A stretch of 63,464 nt of DNA, filler included, from Chiloscyllium plagiosum (lineage: Eukaryota): NCBI RefSeq assembly GCF_004010195.1. It is 4 parts of one record of this genome, joined end to end, with 100 filler letters (N's around TTAATTAATTAA, not from the genome) between each part and the next. Parts side by side here need not be neighbours in the genome. Positions count along the whole stretch, not along the records: positions 44,023 to 58,199 come from NC_057712.1; positions 58,300 to 63,464 come from NC_057712.1; 2 more parts are not named here. One strand, given 5' to 3'. The notes under the pieces were generated by a model. It was not told where the DNA came from. It saw only the letters and a list, made by a program, of their open reading frames with translations, and ran no database searches. Of this stretch, positions 49,365 through 61,349 are shown piece after piece. Every line of letters starts with the position of its first letter. The stretch's first letter is position 1. The position numbers and the translations under genes were made by a program.

Positions 49365-49739
49365 TCATTGTTGAGACTTGGCTGACAGCACCATGGGAAT
49401 GGGAAGGGACCTTGCTGTGATTGTGAACGGGGTCTGCGATGGGAAAGGTCCTGAAGAACTCCCCTCGGACATGTCTGTACTGTACTGTCTCTGCAGCGGA
49501 CACATTGTGACAGACCCTCACCTCCGAGGCTGCACTATATCAGCTTGTGTTACTCACGACACGATGACTGGTCAGTCCAAAGGAACTGTATCGATCGATC
49601 TGATGGAGATTAGCGCCATGTCACGCTGCACTCCCCAAACCACAGTCAGATTATTCAAGATGGAAACAGATGGAAACTGGTCCAGAAGCTCAACACCGTC
49701 CTGAACAAAGGGATCCACTTCACTGATCCTACCAGTTTC

Positions 49740-50100
49740 AATATTCACTCTGCCCAGCACTGATGCACACTGGCAACAGCGTGTACAATCTCACAGCAAA
49801 CCACCATCACTCTCTTTCATCAGCACTTTCCAAACCTGCAACCACACCCATCTAGAAGGACAAGGGCAGCTGGTATATGGGAACACCACCACCTGTATGT
49901 TCCCCTCCAAGCCACTCACCATCCTGACTTGGAAATATATTGCCAATCCTTCATTTCCGCTGGGTGGCAATCCTGGAATTCCCTCCCTGAGGGCACTGGG
50001 GGGTCTGCCTACAGCACATGGACTGCAGCGGTTCAACAAGCAGCTCACCCCCACTTTCAGGCAACAAATGCAGGTCTACCCAATGACAGCTACATCCTGG
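49740..50100 (+). mobile_element. LINE 3' end of CR1/L2 type; related antisense piece at about 40740-41050
   Basis: ccatctagaaggacaagggcagc...caccatcctgacttggaaatatattgcc...tcctggaattccctccc (SWNSLP). Confidence 0.65.
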
Positions 50101-50574
50101 GAAATCTTTAGGATTAAATGCCCTGTTAAATGTTTAATGTTTGAATTGTGACTGATGAGGAGAGCTTTTCCAAAGCTGCACGCCTGTTTTTAAAGTTAGG
50201 TATGTCTTTACGGCTTGACATTTACTCTCTCATGGCTGCCTCACTTTCTGATGTCACTGATAAAGCAATGTTGATCAACAGGAAATGGTGCAGTGTGACA
50301 GAGCTAAATAAAACATTCACTGCCTCCTTGTTTCGTGAGTCAGCAAATTTATTCAATGAGTAAGTGATTCAGCCTGACCAGGAACAGTCTGTGGTCTGTG
50401 CTGTGTATTCAAATCCCTTGTCCTCAGTTCTCCCCGTGCCTGGAACATCCTTCACTGTGATTTGTTCATTCAGACGTACAAGGCAATAGCATACTGGAAG
50501 TTAGGGTTGGTTTGTCCTTAACTTGTGCGATGTGGCCATTGCTGGCTGGACCATCATTCCAAGCCCTTTGCTAC

Positions 50575-51787
50575 TTAGAGTCATCAAGTCACAGAGATGT
50601 ACAGCGTGGAAACAGACCCTTCAGTCCAACCCGTCCATGCCAACCAGATATCCCAACCCAATCTAGTCCCACCTGCCAGCACCCGGCCCATATCCCTCCA
50701 AACCCTTCCTATTCATATACCCATCCAAATGCCTCTTAAATGTTGCAATTGTACCAGCCTGCACCACTTCCTCTGGCAGCTTATTCCACACACTCACTAC
50801 CCTTAGCGTGAAAAAGTTGCCCCTTAGGTCGCTTTTATATCTTTCCCCTCTCACCCTAAACCTATGCCCTCTAGTTCTGGANNNNNNNNNNNNNNNNNNN
50901 NNNNNNNNNNNNNNNNNNNNNNNNNNNNNNNNNNNNNNNNNNNNNNNNNNNNNNNNNNNNNNNNNNNNNNNNNNNNNNNNNNNNNNNNNNNNNNNNNNNN
51001 NNNNNNNNNNNNNNNNNNNNNNNNNNNNNNNNNNNNNNNNNNNNNNNNNNNNNNNNNNNNNNNNNNNNNNNNNNNNNNNNNNNNNNNNNNNNNNNNNNNN
51101 NNNNNNNNNNNNNNNNNNNNNNNNNNNNNNNNNNNNNNNNNNNNNNNNNNNNNNNNNNNNNNNNNNNNNNNNNNNNNNNNNNNNNNNNNNNNNNNNNNNN
51201 NNNNNNNNNNNNNNNNNNNNNNNNNNNNNNNNNNNNNNNNNNNNNNNNNNNNNNNNNNNNNNNNNNNNNNNNNNNNNNNNNNNNNNNNNNNNNNNNNNNN
51301 NNNNNNNNNNNNNNNNNNNNNNNNNNNNNNNNNNNNNNNNNNNNNNNNNNNNNNNNNNNNNNNNNNNNNNNNNNNNNNNNNNNNNNNNNNNNNNNNNNNN
51401 NNNNNNNNNNNNNNNNNNNNNNNNNNNNNNNNNNNNNNNNNNNNNNNNNNNNNNNNNNNNNNNNNNNNNNNNNNNNNNNNNNNATCTGCAAACTTACTAA
51501 CTGTACCTCTTATGCTCGCATCCAAATCATTTATGTAAATGACAAAAAGTAGAGGGCCCAGCACCGATCCTTGTGGCACTCCACTGGTCACAGGCCTCGA
51601 GTCTGAAAAACAACCCTCCACCACCACCCTCTGTCTTCTACTTTTGAGCCAGTTCTGTATCCAAATGGCTAATTCTCCCTGTATTCTGTGAGATCTAACC
51701 TTGCTAATCAGTCTCCCATGAGGAACCTTGTTGAACGCCTTACTGAAGTCCATATAGATCCCATCTATCGATCTGCCCTCATCAATC
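50575..51787 (-). mobile_element. Young CR1 LINE spanning an N gap
   Basis: Minus [17 protein letters not shown]...[21 protein letters not shown]...SKFAD; 3' UTR at the left end. Confidence 0.92.
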
Positions 51788-51910
51788 CTCAGAAGATGGC
51801 TGTGAGCTGCCTTTTTGAACTGAATCATTTTAAACATCAGTTAAATGATCAGGTCAGGTCACATAAAGTATGTTGGTAAGGTTAGAAGACTAGGTGGGTG
51901 ATCTGATCTT

Positions 51911-52248
51911 GGGCAGCACGGTGGCTCAGTAGTTAGCACTGCTGCTTCACAGTGCTAGGGACCTGGGTTCAATTCCAGCCTCGGGTGACTGTCTGTGTGG
52001 AGTTTGCACATTCTCCCTGTGTCTGTGTGGGTTTCCTCCGGGTGCTCCGGTTTCTTCCCAAACACCAAAAATGTGCAGGTTAGGTAAATTGCCCATAGTG
52101 TTCGGGGATGTGTAGGTTCGGTGCATTAGTCTGGGGTAAATGTAGAGTAATAGGGTAGGGGATTAGGTCGAGGTGGGTTACTCTTCAAAGGGTCAGTGTG
52201 GACTTGTTGGGCCAAATGGCCTGTTTCCACACTGTAGGGATTCTATGA
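51911..52248 (+). mobile_element. HE1-type SINE
   Basis: gggcagcacggtggctcagtagttagcactgctgc head, core and tail. Confidence 0.92.
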
Positions 52249-52631
52249 CCAAGAAGATTAAATTGTTAAAAAAGGTTTGATTGGTATTAATATAAGGTTT
52301 GAGTGCACTGATGACTCAAAGTTCATGAAACAAGGATTCTTTATTCCATTGGCATCAGATCATTAGACACATGAAGGGAATTCTGTTTAAACAGGAAAGA
52401 CACATTGTTTACAGGAATTAAGCCTGTGGCTAAAGAAATCCTTCATCTGTCTGATCCTTCTCCCCATGAAGTCTCCTCGCCCCACAGACACCCTTTCTTT
52501 CAGAGAAGATCGGTTTAACTGCTCGAGCTGCCCTGCTTGATTTCCTCCCTCACCATCGCCCCCACTGCTGCTGGAGGCTCCATTACAAGTAGGAAACATT
52601 ATTTTCGTGGAGGCAGGATCAAGAATAAAAC

Positions 52632-53830
52632 TGGGTAAAAACAATGACTGCAGATGCTGGAAACCAGATTCTGGATTAGTGGTGCTGGAAGAGCACAGCA
52701 GTTCATGCAGCATCCGAGGAGCTTCGAAATTGACGTTTTGGGCAAAAGCCCTTCATCAGGAATAAAGGCAGTGATTTTGGGGAAGAGGGAAGATTCCCCA
52801 TCTTCTGAAGCGAGGAGAGATAAGCTAGAGGAGGGTGGGGGTGGGGAGAAAGTAGCATAGAGTACAATGGGTGAGTCAGGGAGGGGATGAAGGTGATAGG
52901 TCAGGGAGGAGAGGGTGGAGTGGATAGGTGGAAAAGGAGCTAGGAAGGTCGGACAAGTCCGGACAAGTCATGGGGACAGTGCTGAGCTGGAAGTTTGGAA
53001 NNNNNNNNNNNNNNNNNNNNNNNNNNNNNNNNNNNNNNNNNNNNNNNNNNNNNNNNNNNNNNNNNNNNNNNNNNNNNNNNNNNNNNNNNNNNNNNNNNNN
53101 NNNNNNNNNNNNNNNNNNNNNNNNNNNNNNNNNNNNNNNNNNNNNNNNNNNNNNNNNNNNNNNNNNNNNNNNNNNNNNNNNNNNNNNNNNNNNNNNNNNN
53201 NNNNNNNNNNNNNNNNNNNNNNNNNNNNNNNNNNNNNNNNNNNNNNNNNNNNNNNNNNNNNNNNNNNNNNNNNNNNNNNNNNNNNNNNNNNNNNGGTCTT
53301 TGCGGAAGGCGGAAATGGGTGGGGAGGGAAATATATCCCTGGTGGTGGGGTCTGTTTGGAGGTGGCGGAAATGTCGGCGGATGATTTGGTTTATGCGGAG
53401 GTTGGTAGGGTGGAAGGTGAGCACCAGGGGTGTTCTGTCCTTGTTGCGGTTGGAGGGGTTGAGTCTGAGGGCGGAATTGCGGGATGTGGATGAGATGCGT
53501 TGGAGGGCATCTTTAACCACGTGGGAAGGGAAATTGCGGTCTTTAAAGAAGGAGGCCATCTGGTGTGTTCTGTGGTGGAACTGATCCTCCTGGGGGCAGC
53601 GGAGGCGGAGGAATTGGGAATACGGGATGGCATTTTTGCAAGAGGTAGGGTGGGAAGAGGTGTAATCCAGGTAGCTGTGGGAGTCGGTGGGTTTGTAAAA
53701 AATGTCAGTATCAAGTCGGTCGTCATTAATGGAGCTGGAAAGGTCCAGGAAGGGGAGGGAGGTGTCAGAGATGGTCCAGGTAAATTTAAGGTCAGGGTGG
53801 AATGTGTTGGTGAAGTTGATGAAACTGTCA
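52632..53830 (-). mobile_element. Penelope-like retroelement (RT C-terminal region to pLTR), spanning an N gap
   Basis: Minus strand encodes FINFTNTFHPDLKFTW..LPFLD...FYKPTDSHSYLDYTSSHP..CKNAIPYSQF and PLVLTFHP...LQTDP; pLTR with CTGATGAagggcttttgccc near 52730-52762. Confidence 0.88.
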
Positions 53831-54794
53831 GTTCCAGGTTGTTCAGGGTGATGTCAGGAAGCATGAGAGGTGGAGTGATGAATCTGGTTGGATATATTCC
53901 TGTCATCATACACCTTCCTATCCCACCGAATCTTCCCTCTTCACCAAAATCGCCATTATCTTGACAAATACATGCAAGTGCTCCGAAGTATAAAAGCTCA
54001 GTGTTGGAAAACCCTGTGGTTATTTTCCCATGTTTGGTTGTGGTGATTCAGCTTTAATCACTGCAGTCTCTAAGCTGTTTGGGGAGGATTAAGAATCTTT
54101 TAAACAGGAAAGTGGTTTGTGTCAGCATGACGGGTTTACAGAGTGAGATAGCCCTGGTCACCTCGAGTGTCCCGGACAAACCACATGAGCCTATCATAGA
54201 GTCATACAGTACAGAAACAGACTCCTTGGTCCAACCTGTCCACACCCACCATGTTCCCAAACTCAACTAGTCCCACTTGCCTCCATTTGGCTCAAACCCC
54301 TCTAAACCTTTCCTATCCTTGTAGCTGTCCAAATGTCTTTCAAATGTTGTAACAGCCCCAGCATCTACCATTTCCTCTGGCAGTTCATTCCACATGTGGA
54401 CCATCCTCTATGCGAAAATGTTGACCCTCCGGTCCCTTATAAATCTTTCTCCTCTCACCTTAAAAATATACCTTCTAGTTTTGAACTCCCCTACCTGAGG
54501 GAAAAGACTTTGGCTATTCACCTTATCTATGCCCCTCTTGAATTATAAATCTCTGTAAGGTCACTCCTCAACCTCCTAAGCTCCAGTGAAAATAGCCCCA
54601 GCCTATTCAGCCTCTGCTTGTACCTCAAACCGTTCCAGTCCCGGCAATATCCCTGAAAATCTTTCCTGAACCCTCTCCAATTTAATTACGTCTTTCCTAT
54701 AGTAAGGAGACCAGAACCGTACACAATGCTCCAAAAGTGGCCTCACCAATGTACTGTGCAACACTAGCATGACATCTCAACTCCTCTACTCAAT

Positions 54795-55201
54795 AGAGAA
54801 AGTGAGGACTGCAGATGCTGTGGATCAGAGTCGAAACAGAGTGCCACTGGATAAGCACAGCCGGTCAGGCAGCATCCGAGGAGCAGGAGAGTCAACATTT
54901 CAAGCATAAGCTCTTCATCAGGAATTTGTGGGGATTGGGTGGTGCCCAAGGGGCTGAGAGATAAATGGGAGGTGGGTGGGGCTGGGGGGATGGTAGCGAG
55001 GAATGCAATAGGTAGATGAAGGTGGGGGGGTGATAATGATAGGTCAGAGCAGAGGGTGGAGCAGATAGGTGGGAAGGGAGACGGACAGGTAGGACAGTTC
55101 AAGAGGGTTGTGCTGAGTTGGAGGGTTGGATCTGGGATATGGTAGGGGGAGGGAAGATGAGGAAACTGGTGAAATCCACATTGATTTCATGTGGTTTGAG
55201 G
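54795..55201 (-). mobile_element. Penelope-like 3' end/pLTR (family B)
   Basis: gagaaagtgaggactgcagatgctg terminus as at 41904 and 55673; G-rich UTR; minus-strand KPHEINVDFTSFLI endonuclease end. Confidence 0.82.
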
Positions 55202-55665
55202 CCATATGGAATCAATGTCAACACTCCCCAGGGCCTGACCATTAGCTATATACATCCTGCACTTCTTTGTTTTACCAAAATGCAATACCTCGCATTTACC
55301 CAAATGAAACTCCATCTGCCCCTCCCCAGCCCATTGATCCAATTGATCAAGATCCCTTCATAACTTTCTTCACTGTCTACTACATCACCAATTTTGGTGT
55401 CATCCACAAAATCACTAACCGTGAGAACTGTATTCTCTTCCAAATGGTTTATATAAATGACAAGCAATCGTGGACCCATCTCGGATCCCTGCAGAACACT
55501 GCTTGTCACAGGCCTCCAGGCTGAAAAGCAACCCTCCAACAGGCCTTTTATCTCCTACTGTCAAGCCAATTTTATATCTCCCAGAATCCCATGTGATCTA
55601 ACTTTGCTAGATTGTCTACCATGAGGAACCTTGAGAAAAACTTTACTGAAGACCATGTAGAGTAT

Positions 55666-55890
55666 CTTCGAGGAGAAAGTGAGGACTGCAGATGCTGGAG
55701 ATCAGAGCTGAAAATGTGTTGTTGGAAAAGCGCAGCAGGTCAGGCAGCATCCATGGAGCAGAAGGATCGACGTTTCGGGCATGAGCCCTTCTTCAGCCCT
55801 TCCTGAAGAAGGGCTCATGCCGGAAACGTCGATTCTCCTGCTCCATGGATGCTGCCTGACCTGCTGCGCTTTTCCAGCAACACATTTTCA
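55666..55890. mobile_element. Palindromic Penelope pLTR mini-element (family B) with a 14-bp TSD
   Basis: accatgtagagtat at 55652-55665 and 55891-55904; inverted arms of about 88 bp centred at 55797-55802. Confidence 0.9.
55769..55796 (-). ncRNA. Minimal hammerhead ribozyme core (mirror copy at 55803-55830, +)
   Basis: CUGAAGA-AGGGC-UCAU-GCCC-GAAA-CGUC: GUC triplet and palindromic ACGU; stem I weak or absent in this copy. Confidence 0.55.
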
Positions 55891-56049
55891 ACCATGTAGA
55901 GTATGTCTCCTGATCTACCCTCATCAATCTTTTTGGTCACATCCTCAAAACCTCAACCAAATTGGTGGTCAAGATAGACCTGAGCTCAGTTAGTTATCTG
56001 GGGTGGACCTTGTGGGAGGTGTGATTGGGGCAGAAGAGATTTAGATAAG

Positions 56050-56610
56050 ACAGAAGGCTGTGGAGGCCAGGTCTTTGAGAATATTTAAGACGGAGATAGG
56101 TAGGTTCTTGCTTGTCAAAGGGATCAAGGGTTACGGGGAAAAAGTGGGAGATTGAGGTTGAGAAACTTATCAGCCATGATTGAATGGTGGAGCAGACTCG
56201 ATGGGCTGAATGGACTAAATTCTGGTCTTATAGTCTATGGTCTTACCGGAGTTGAAGAAAGGAGAAATGATTTGAAAGGTCTGCTGGAAGGGGCTGCATG
56301 ATAAGTGGGCACTAAAGCACATGTGTGTGGATACAAAATTACACGACTCATGGGTGAGGTTAGCAAGCCTAGTTAATAGGTTCGCACGTGACACCAAGAT
56401 TGGTGATATAGCGGACAGTGAAGAAGGTTATACTGTAAAGGGATCTTGATCAACTGAGCCAATGTGCTGAGGAATGGCAGATGGTGTTTAATTTGGATAA
56501 AGAGAGGTTTTGCATTTTGGTAAAAGCAACCAGGGCAGGACTTATACAGTTAATGGTAGAGTACTGGAGAGTATTGTCAAACAGACAGACAGACCGAGGG
56601 GTTCAGATAA
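56050..56610 (+). mobile_element. Two short CR1 fragments (3' end about 56050-56235; RT piece about 56350-56610)
   Basis: AVEARSL.IFKTEIGRFL with atcagccatgattgaatgg UTR; DTKIG and WQMVFNLDK coding. Confidence 0.75.
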
Positions 56611-57399
56611 GTAGTTCTTCGAGTTGGGTGCTGTGTGCTAAGGTGAAGCGTAGCGCAGTTGGGAGGGATGTAACTGGTGACAGATGTAAATCCTTCACAA
56701 ATAACTAACATGCCTGTGTTCCAGACAACTGTTCTTTAAATACTTCCCATACCCCATGCCTTGTGGAGTCGTCATGTGAGGAGCTGTGCTCTGTGAAGTG
56801 AGTGATCCGATGTTATTTGATTCTATGACGATAGTGATAGCACTGCACACACATAGACTCGTTTGCAGTCAGGCCCAGGCGGTTACCACAGCAACAAGCT
56901 GAGCTGACTCCAGAGCCCTCTCCTCACAGAGCCACATTACAGGGCTGGATGGTTGGCATAGTTGAGCTCAGTTCACGATGCCTTGAAATGTCAGAGGGTG
57001 CACTGAGCTATATTAAGGATCACAGTTCCTGTGAAAGCTCGTGTTCATTAACATTCCCAACGACTATTTTTAACCAAGCTGAGCTCTGTGGCATCTCAGC
57101 CCCGTCAGAACGCGACATAAATAGAGTCCTGTGGAAGGAGAGACACCCATTTCCATCATGTTTTCACAATCTAAGGACGTGACATTAGTCTCTCAGCTCA
57201 CACTCGCTGACTAGCTCCCCCACTCTGCCCAAACCCAAAAATCTCCTCCAGTTCCACCCTTTTGGTTTAGCTTCCACAGGCTGGCAGTATGCTCCTGCAG
57301 GGGGTTGAAGCCATCGTAAGGGCGCTGTCCATGATCTCTGGAAGGATTTGGTGCAGGCCCTTGTTTGGCAGGCGAGATGGCAATTTGAATGTGGGCTCT

Positions 57400-58199
57400 C
57401 TGAGGATAGAGCAGGTGAATGCCTGGCTGAGGAGCTGGTGTATGGGAGAAGGATTCACATTTTTGGATCATTTGGAATCTCGTTTGGGGTATAAGTGACC
57501 TGTACAAGAAGGACGGATTGCACCTAAATTGGAAGGGGACTAATATACTGGCAGGGAAATTTGTTAGAGCTGCTCAGGAGGATTTAAATTAGTAAAGTGG
57601 GGGGGTGGGACCCAGGGAGATAGTGAGGAAAGAGATCGATCTGAGACGGGTACAGCTGAGAACAAAAGTGAGTCAAACAGTCAGGGCAGGCAGGGACAAG
57701 GTAGGACTAATAAACTAATCTGCATTTATTTCAATGCAAGGGGCCTAACAGGGAAGGCAGATGAACTCAGGGCATGATTAGGAACATGAGACTGAGATAT
57801 CATAGCACCTCAGGTGACTGAGGTGTCAGTGGGGGAGCACTTTGGGGCCAGCGACCATAATTCTATTTGTTTTAAAATCGTGATGGAAAAGGATAGACCA
57901 GATCTAAAGGTTAAAGTTCTAAATTGGAGAAAAGCCAATTTTGACGGTATTAGGCAAGAACTTTCGAAAGCTGATTGGAGGCAGATGTTCGCAGGTAAAG
58001 GGATGGCTGGAAAATGGGAAGCCTTCAGAAATGAGATAATGAGAATCCAGAGAAAGTATATTCCTGTCAGGGTGAAAGGGAAGGCTGGTAGGTATAGGGA
58101 ATGCTGGATGACTAAAGAAATTGAGGGTTTGGTTAAGAAAAAGAAGGAAGCATATGTCAGCTATAGACAGGATAGATCGAGTGAATCCTGAGAAGAGTA
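57400..58199 (+). mobile_element. CR1 ORF1 end and ORF2 start, with most of the endonuclease deleted near 57807
   Basis: NAWLRSWC..EGF, YFNARGL...DELRA, then QVTEVSVGEHFGASDHN. Confidence 0.88.
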
Positions 58200-58299
58200 N
58201 NNNNNNNNNNNNNNNNNNNNNNNNNNNNNNNNNNNNNNNNNNNTTAATTAATTAANNNNNNNNNNNNNNNNNNNNNNNNNNNNNNNNNNNNNNNNNNNN
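58200..58299. other. Artificial scaffold join with TTAATTAATTAA linker
   Basis: N44 + 12-mer (58244-58255) + N44. Confidence 0.95.
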
Positions 58300-59488
58300 A
58301 TACCTGCCCCGGCTCATTTCCGAGCACTAAGTCTAGAATGGCCTCTCCCCTCGTCGGCCTGTCAACATACTGAGTTAGGAAACCCTCCTGAACACACCTT
58401 ACAAAAACAGCTCCATTCAAATCGTCTACTCGAAGAAGGTTCCAATCAATATTGGGAAAGTTAAAGTCATCCATTACAACAACCCTACTATGTCCACACT
58501 TTTCCAAAATCTGCCGACCTATGCTTTTTTCCATCTCCCTGCTGCTATTGGGGGGCTTGTAGTAAACCCCTAAAGAGGTGACTGCTCCCTTGCTGTTCCT
58601 AATTTCCACCCATCCTGACTTGGTAGGCAGATCTTCCTCGACAATGGAAGTTTCTGTAGCTGTGATACCCTCTCTGATTAGTAGAGTTACACCCCATCCT
58701 CTTTCCGCCCCCCACCCCCCTATTCTTTTCAAATGCTTTAAACACTGGAACATCCTGCAAGCATTCCTGCCCCTGAGAAACCCATGTCTCTGTTATGGCC
58801 ACAACATCATAGCACCAGGTACTGATCCATGCTCTAAGTTCGTCACTTATATTCCTGATACTCCTTGTGTGAAAGCAAACACACTTTAACTGATACCTTG
58901 GTTCCTTGCCAGGAAAATCCTTCCCACTAGCTGGTCTACCTCTTGCTATTGCCTCATCTGCATCAACTCTCATCTCTGGTATACAACTCAGGTTCCCACC
59001 CCCCTGCCATACTAGTTTAAACCCTCTTGAACTACTCGAGCAAACCTTCCACCCAGGACATTGGTGCCCTTCCATTTCAGATGCAACCCGTCCTTCTTGT
59101 ACAGGTCCCGCCTTCCCCAGAAGGCATCCCAATTATCTACATATCTGAAGCCCTCCCTCCTACACCAGCTGCGCAGACACGTATTAAGCTGCGCCCACTC
59201 CCTGTTCCTCGCCTCGCTATCTCGTGGCACTGGTAGTAAACTAGAGAACACTACTCTGTTCGTCTTGCTTTGCAGCTTCCATCCTAACTCCCTGAAATCA
59301 TTTTTTATATCTTCGATCCTTTTCCTGGCTATATCATTAGTGCCAATATGTAACAAGATTTCTGGCTGTTCGCCCTCCCCTTTTAGAACCTTATACACCC
59401 GATCGGAGACGTCCCGGACCCTGGCACCAGGGAGACAACATACCTTCTGGGAATCCCGATCCTGACCACAAAATCTCCTGTTGATTCC
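58300..59488 (-). mobile_element. CR1 5' region: ORF1 SGNH esterase plus ORF2 AP endonuclease
   Basis: QPEILLHIGTND...KKDGLHL; YDVVAITETW; GVYYKPP...DFNFPNIDW...ILDLVLGN. Confidence 0.92.
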
Positions 59489-60199
59489 CAGGATTTGTCA
59501 AATTGAGCCTTGAACCCTGCTTCACTGGTCTGCTTTGTTCAGACACCGAGTCTCCAGAAGCTGTGGGAGAGAGCTAGGGATGTGGCCAGTATAAATCACA
59601 TCTCTTCACCCAACAGAAACCACCTAAACTGATTTCACAAGGGAGTTTCAAGCCATGTTATAAAAAGGTGATGTACCCTACAGTGATATGTGACCTTATC
59701 TATTTTTACATATTTTTTGGAGTTGTTTTTATTTTCTCTCCAGAATACATTGACAGTCATCATTAATTTCATTGTATCAGAAAGTCATAAACTTTACCTG
59801 AATTGGATGCTCAAATCCTATGGGCAGCGACAATAATTTTGAAATAGATTTTAGCCTAACATGAAAAGCAGTCTGGATTCCCATGTAAGCTTGATTCCCC
59901 ACATTGAGTGGACTGACAGAAAATCAGTTGAACCTAATAGTGCTAATGCAAACAAGTTGTGTGAACTCTCCCTGTGAATGTGGGTTAATATTAATAATAT
60001 GCACAAACTGATAGGAAACCAATGTGACATTTGGCTCTAAATGTCAACATTTTTCTCAGGCAGATGGAGAAAAGACAGAAATGCCAACAGTTTGAACACT
60101 AATATGCACCAACATGCGAAAGGGAGCAGGAATAGACCGTTTGATTTGTAGAATGCTCTGCCAATCAGTAAGATAATGCCAATCTGACTGCTATCTCAA

Positions 60200-61320
60200 C
60201 ACCACAAACCACCATTCAATTATGGCTGATATGTTTCTCAAATCCATTCTACTGCCTTCTCACTGTAACCTTTGATCCGCTTAATAATCAAGAACCTATC
60301 TATCTCTGTCTTAAACACAGTCAATACTTGGCCTCCACGGCCTTCTGTGGCAATAAGCTCCACAGATTCATTACCATTGAGCTGATGAAATTCCTCCTCA
60401 TTTCAGTTCTAATGGGTCATCCCTTCACACGGAAGCTGCATCCCTGGATACAAGAAAAATCTCCTCCATGTTATCTCCATACAGGACTTTTAATATTCTG
60501 GAAATTTTAATGAGATGCCCCCTCATTCTTCGAAATTTCATTGAGTACAGACCCAGAGTCCTTAAACTGCTCCTCATATGACAAGCCCTTCATCATCAGG
60601 ATCATTCTTTAAACCTCCCTGGACCCCTTCAAAGGCAGCACATGCTTCCATCGAAATGGGACCCAAAGGTGCTCACAATATTCCAAATGCAGTCTGGCAA
60701 GAGATTTATACCGACTCAGCTGTACATCTCTGCTCTTGTATTATAGGCTTCGCAAAATGAATGTGAACTTTACAATTGCCTTCCTAATGCCAACTGAATT
60801 TGCATGCTAATCTTAAGAGAATTCCGAATGAGGGCTTTGGGCTTCAGATTTCTGATACCTTTCACAATAAAAAAAAGTCGACTGCTCTATTTTCCGACCA
60901 AACTGCATAACCTTGCTTTCCAACTGTATTCCATTTATCACTTCCTTGCCCACTCTTCTAGCCTGACCAAGTCTGTCTGCAGACTTCCAACCTCTTCAAT
61001 GCCACCTGCCCATCTACCTATCTTTGTGTCATCTGAAAACTTAGCAACAATTCCTTCAGCTCCTTCATCCTGATTATTAACGTGTAATATGAATAGCTGC
61101 AGTCCTAGCACAGACCCTTGCAGATCTCCACTGTTCATTAGCTGCCATATTGAAACATGCCCCTTTATCCTCATTCTCTATCTCCTGCCAGTCAGCCAAT
61201 CCTCTGTCCATGTCAGTACCTTGCCCAATCTTACGGGTCCTTACCCAAGTCTAAGGGGTTTTGGAAAAATATTGGAACATGTATCAACTATCTCTGTAGC
61301 CACTTTTTGTAAGACCGTAC
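60200..61320 (-). mobile_element. Old CR1 3' fragment
   Basis: Minus ORF QGSVLGLQLFILHVN...KFSDDTKIG; UTR tatggctgat. Confidence 0.8.
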
Positions 61321-61349
61321 TATGAAATTTGTCAGACCGTACTATCTAC

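Larger units (their letters stand above)
54192..55970 (-). mobile_element. CR1 LINE interrupted by two Penelope insertions
   Basis: Antisense CR1 3' UTR at 54192; minus ORF WRPVTSSVLQGS...DDTKIG. Confidence 0.85.

Noticed and set aside
52414..52588. AG...GT-bounded unique segment as an exon
   Set aside because: All three + frames contain stops.
36729..53584. Long ORFs in the track that span N gaps
   Set aside because: Their length comes from X residues; the flanks are CR1 or Penelope fragments.
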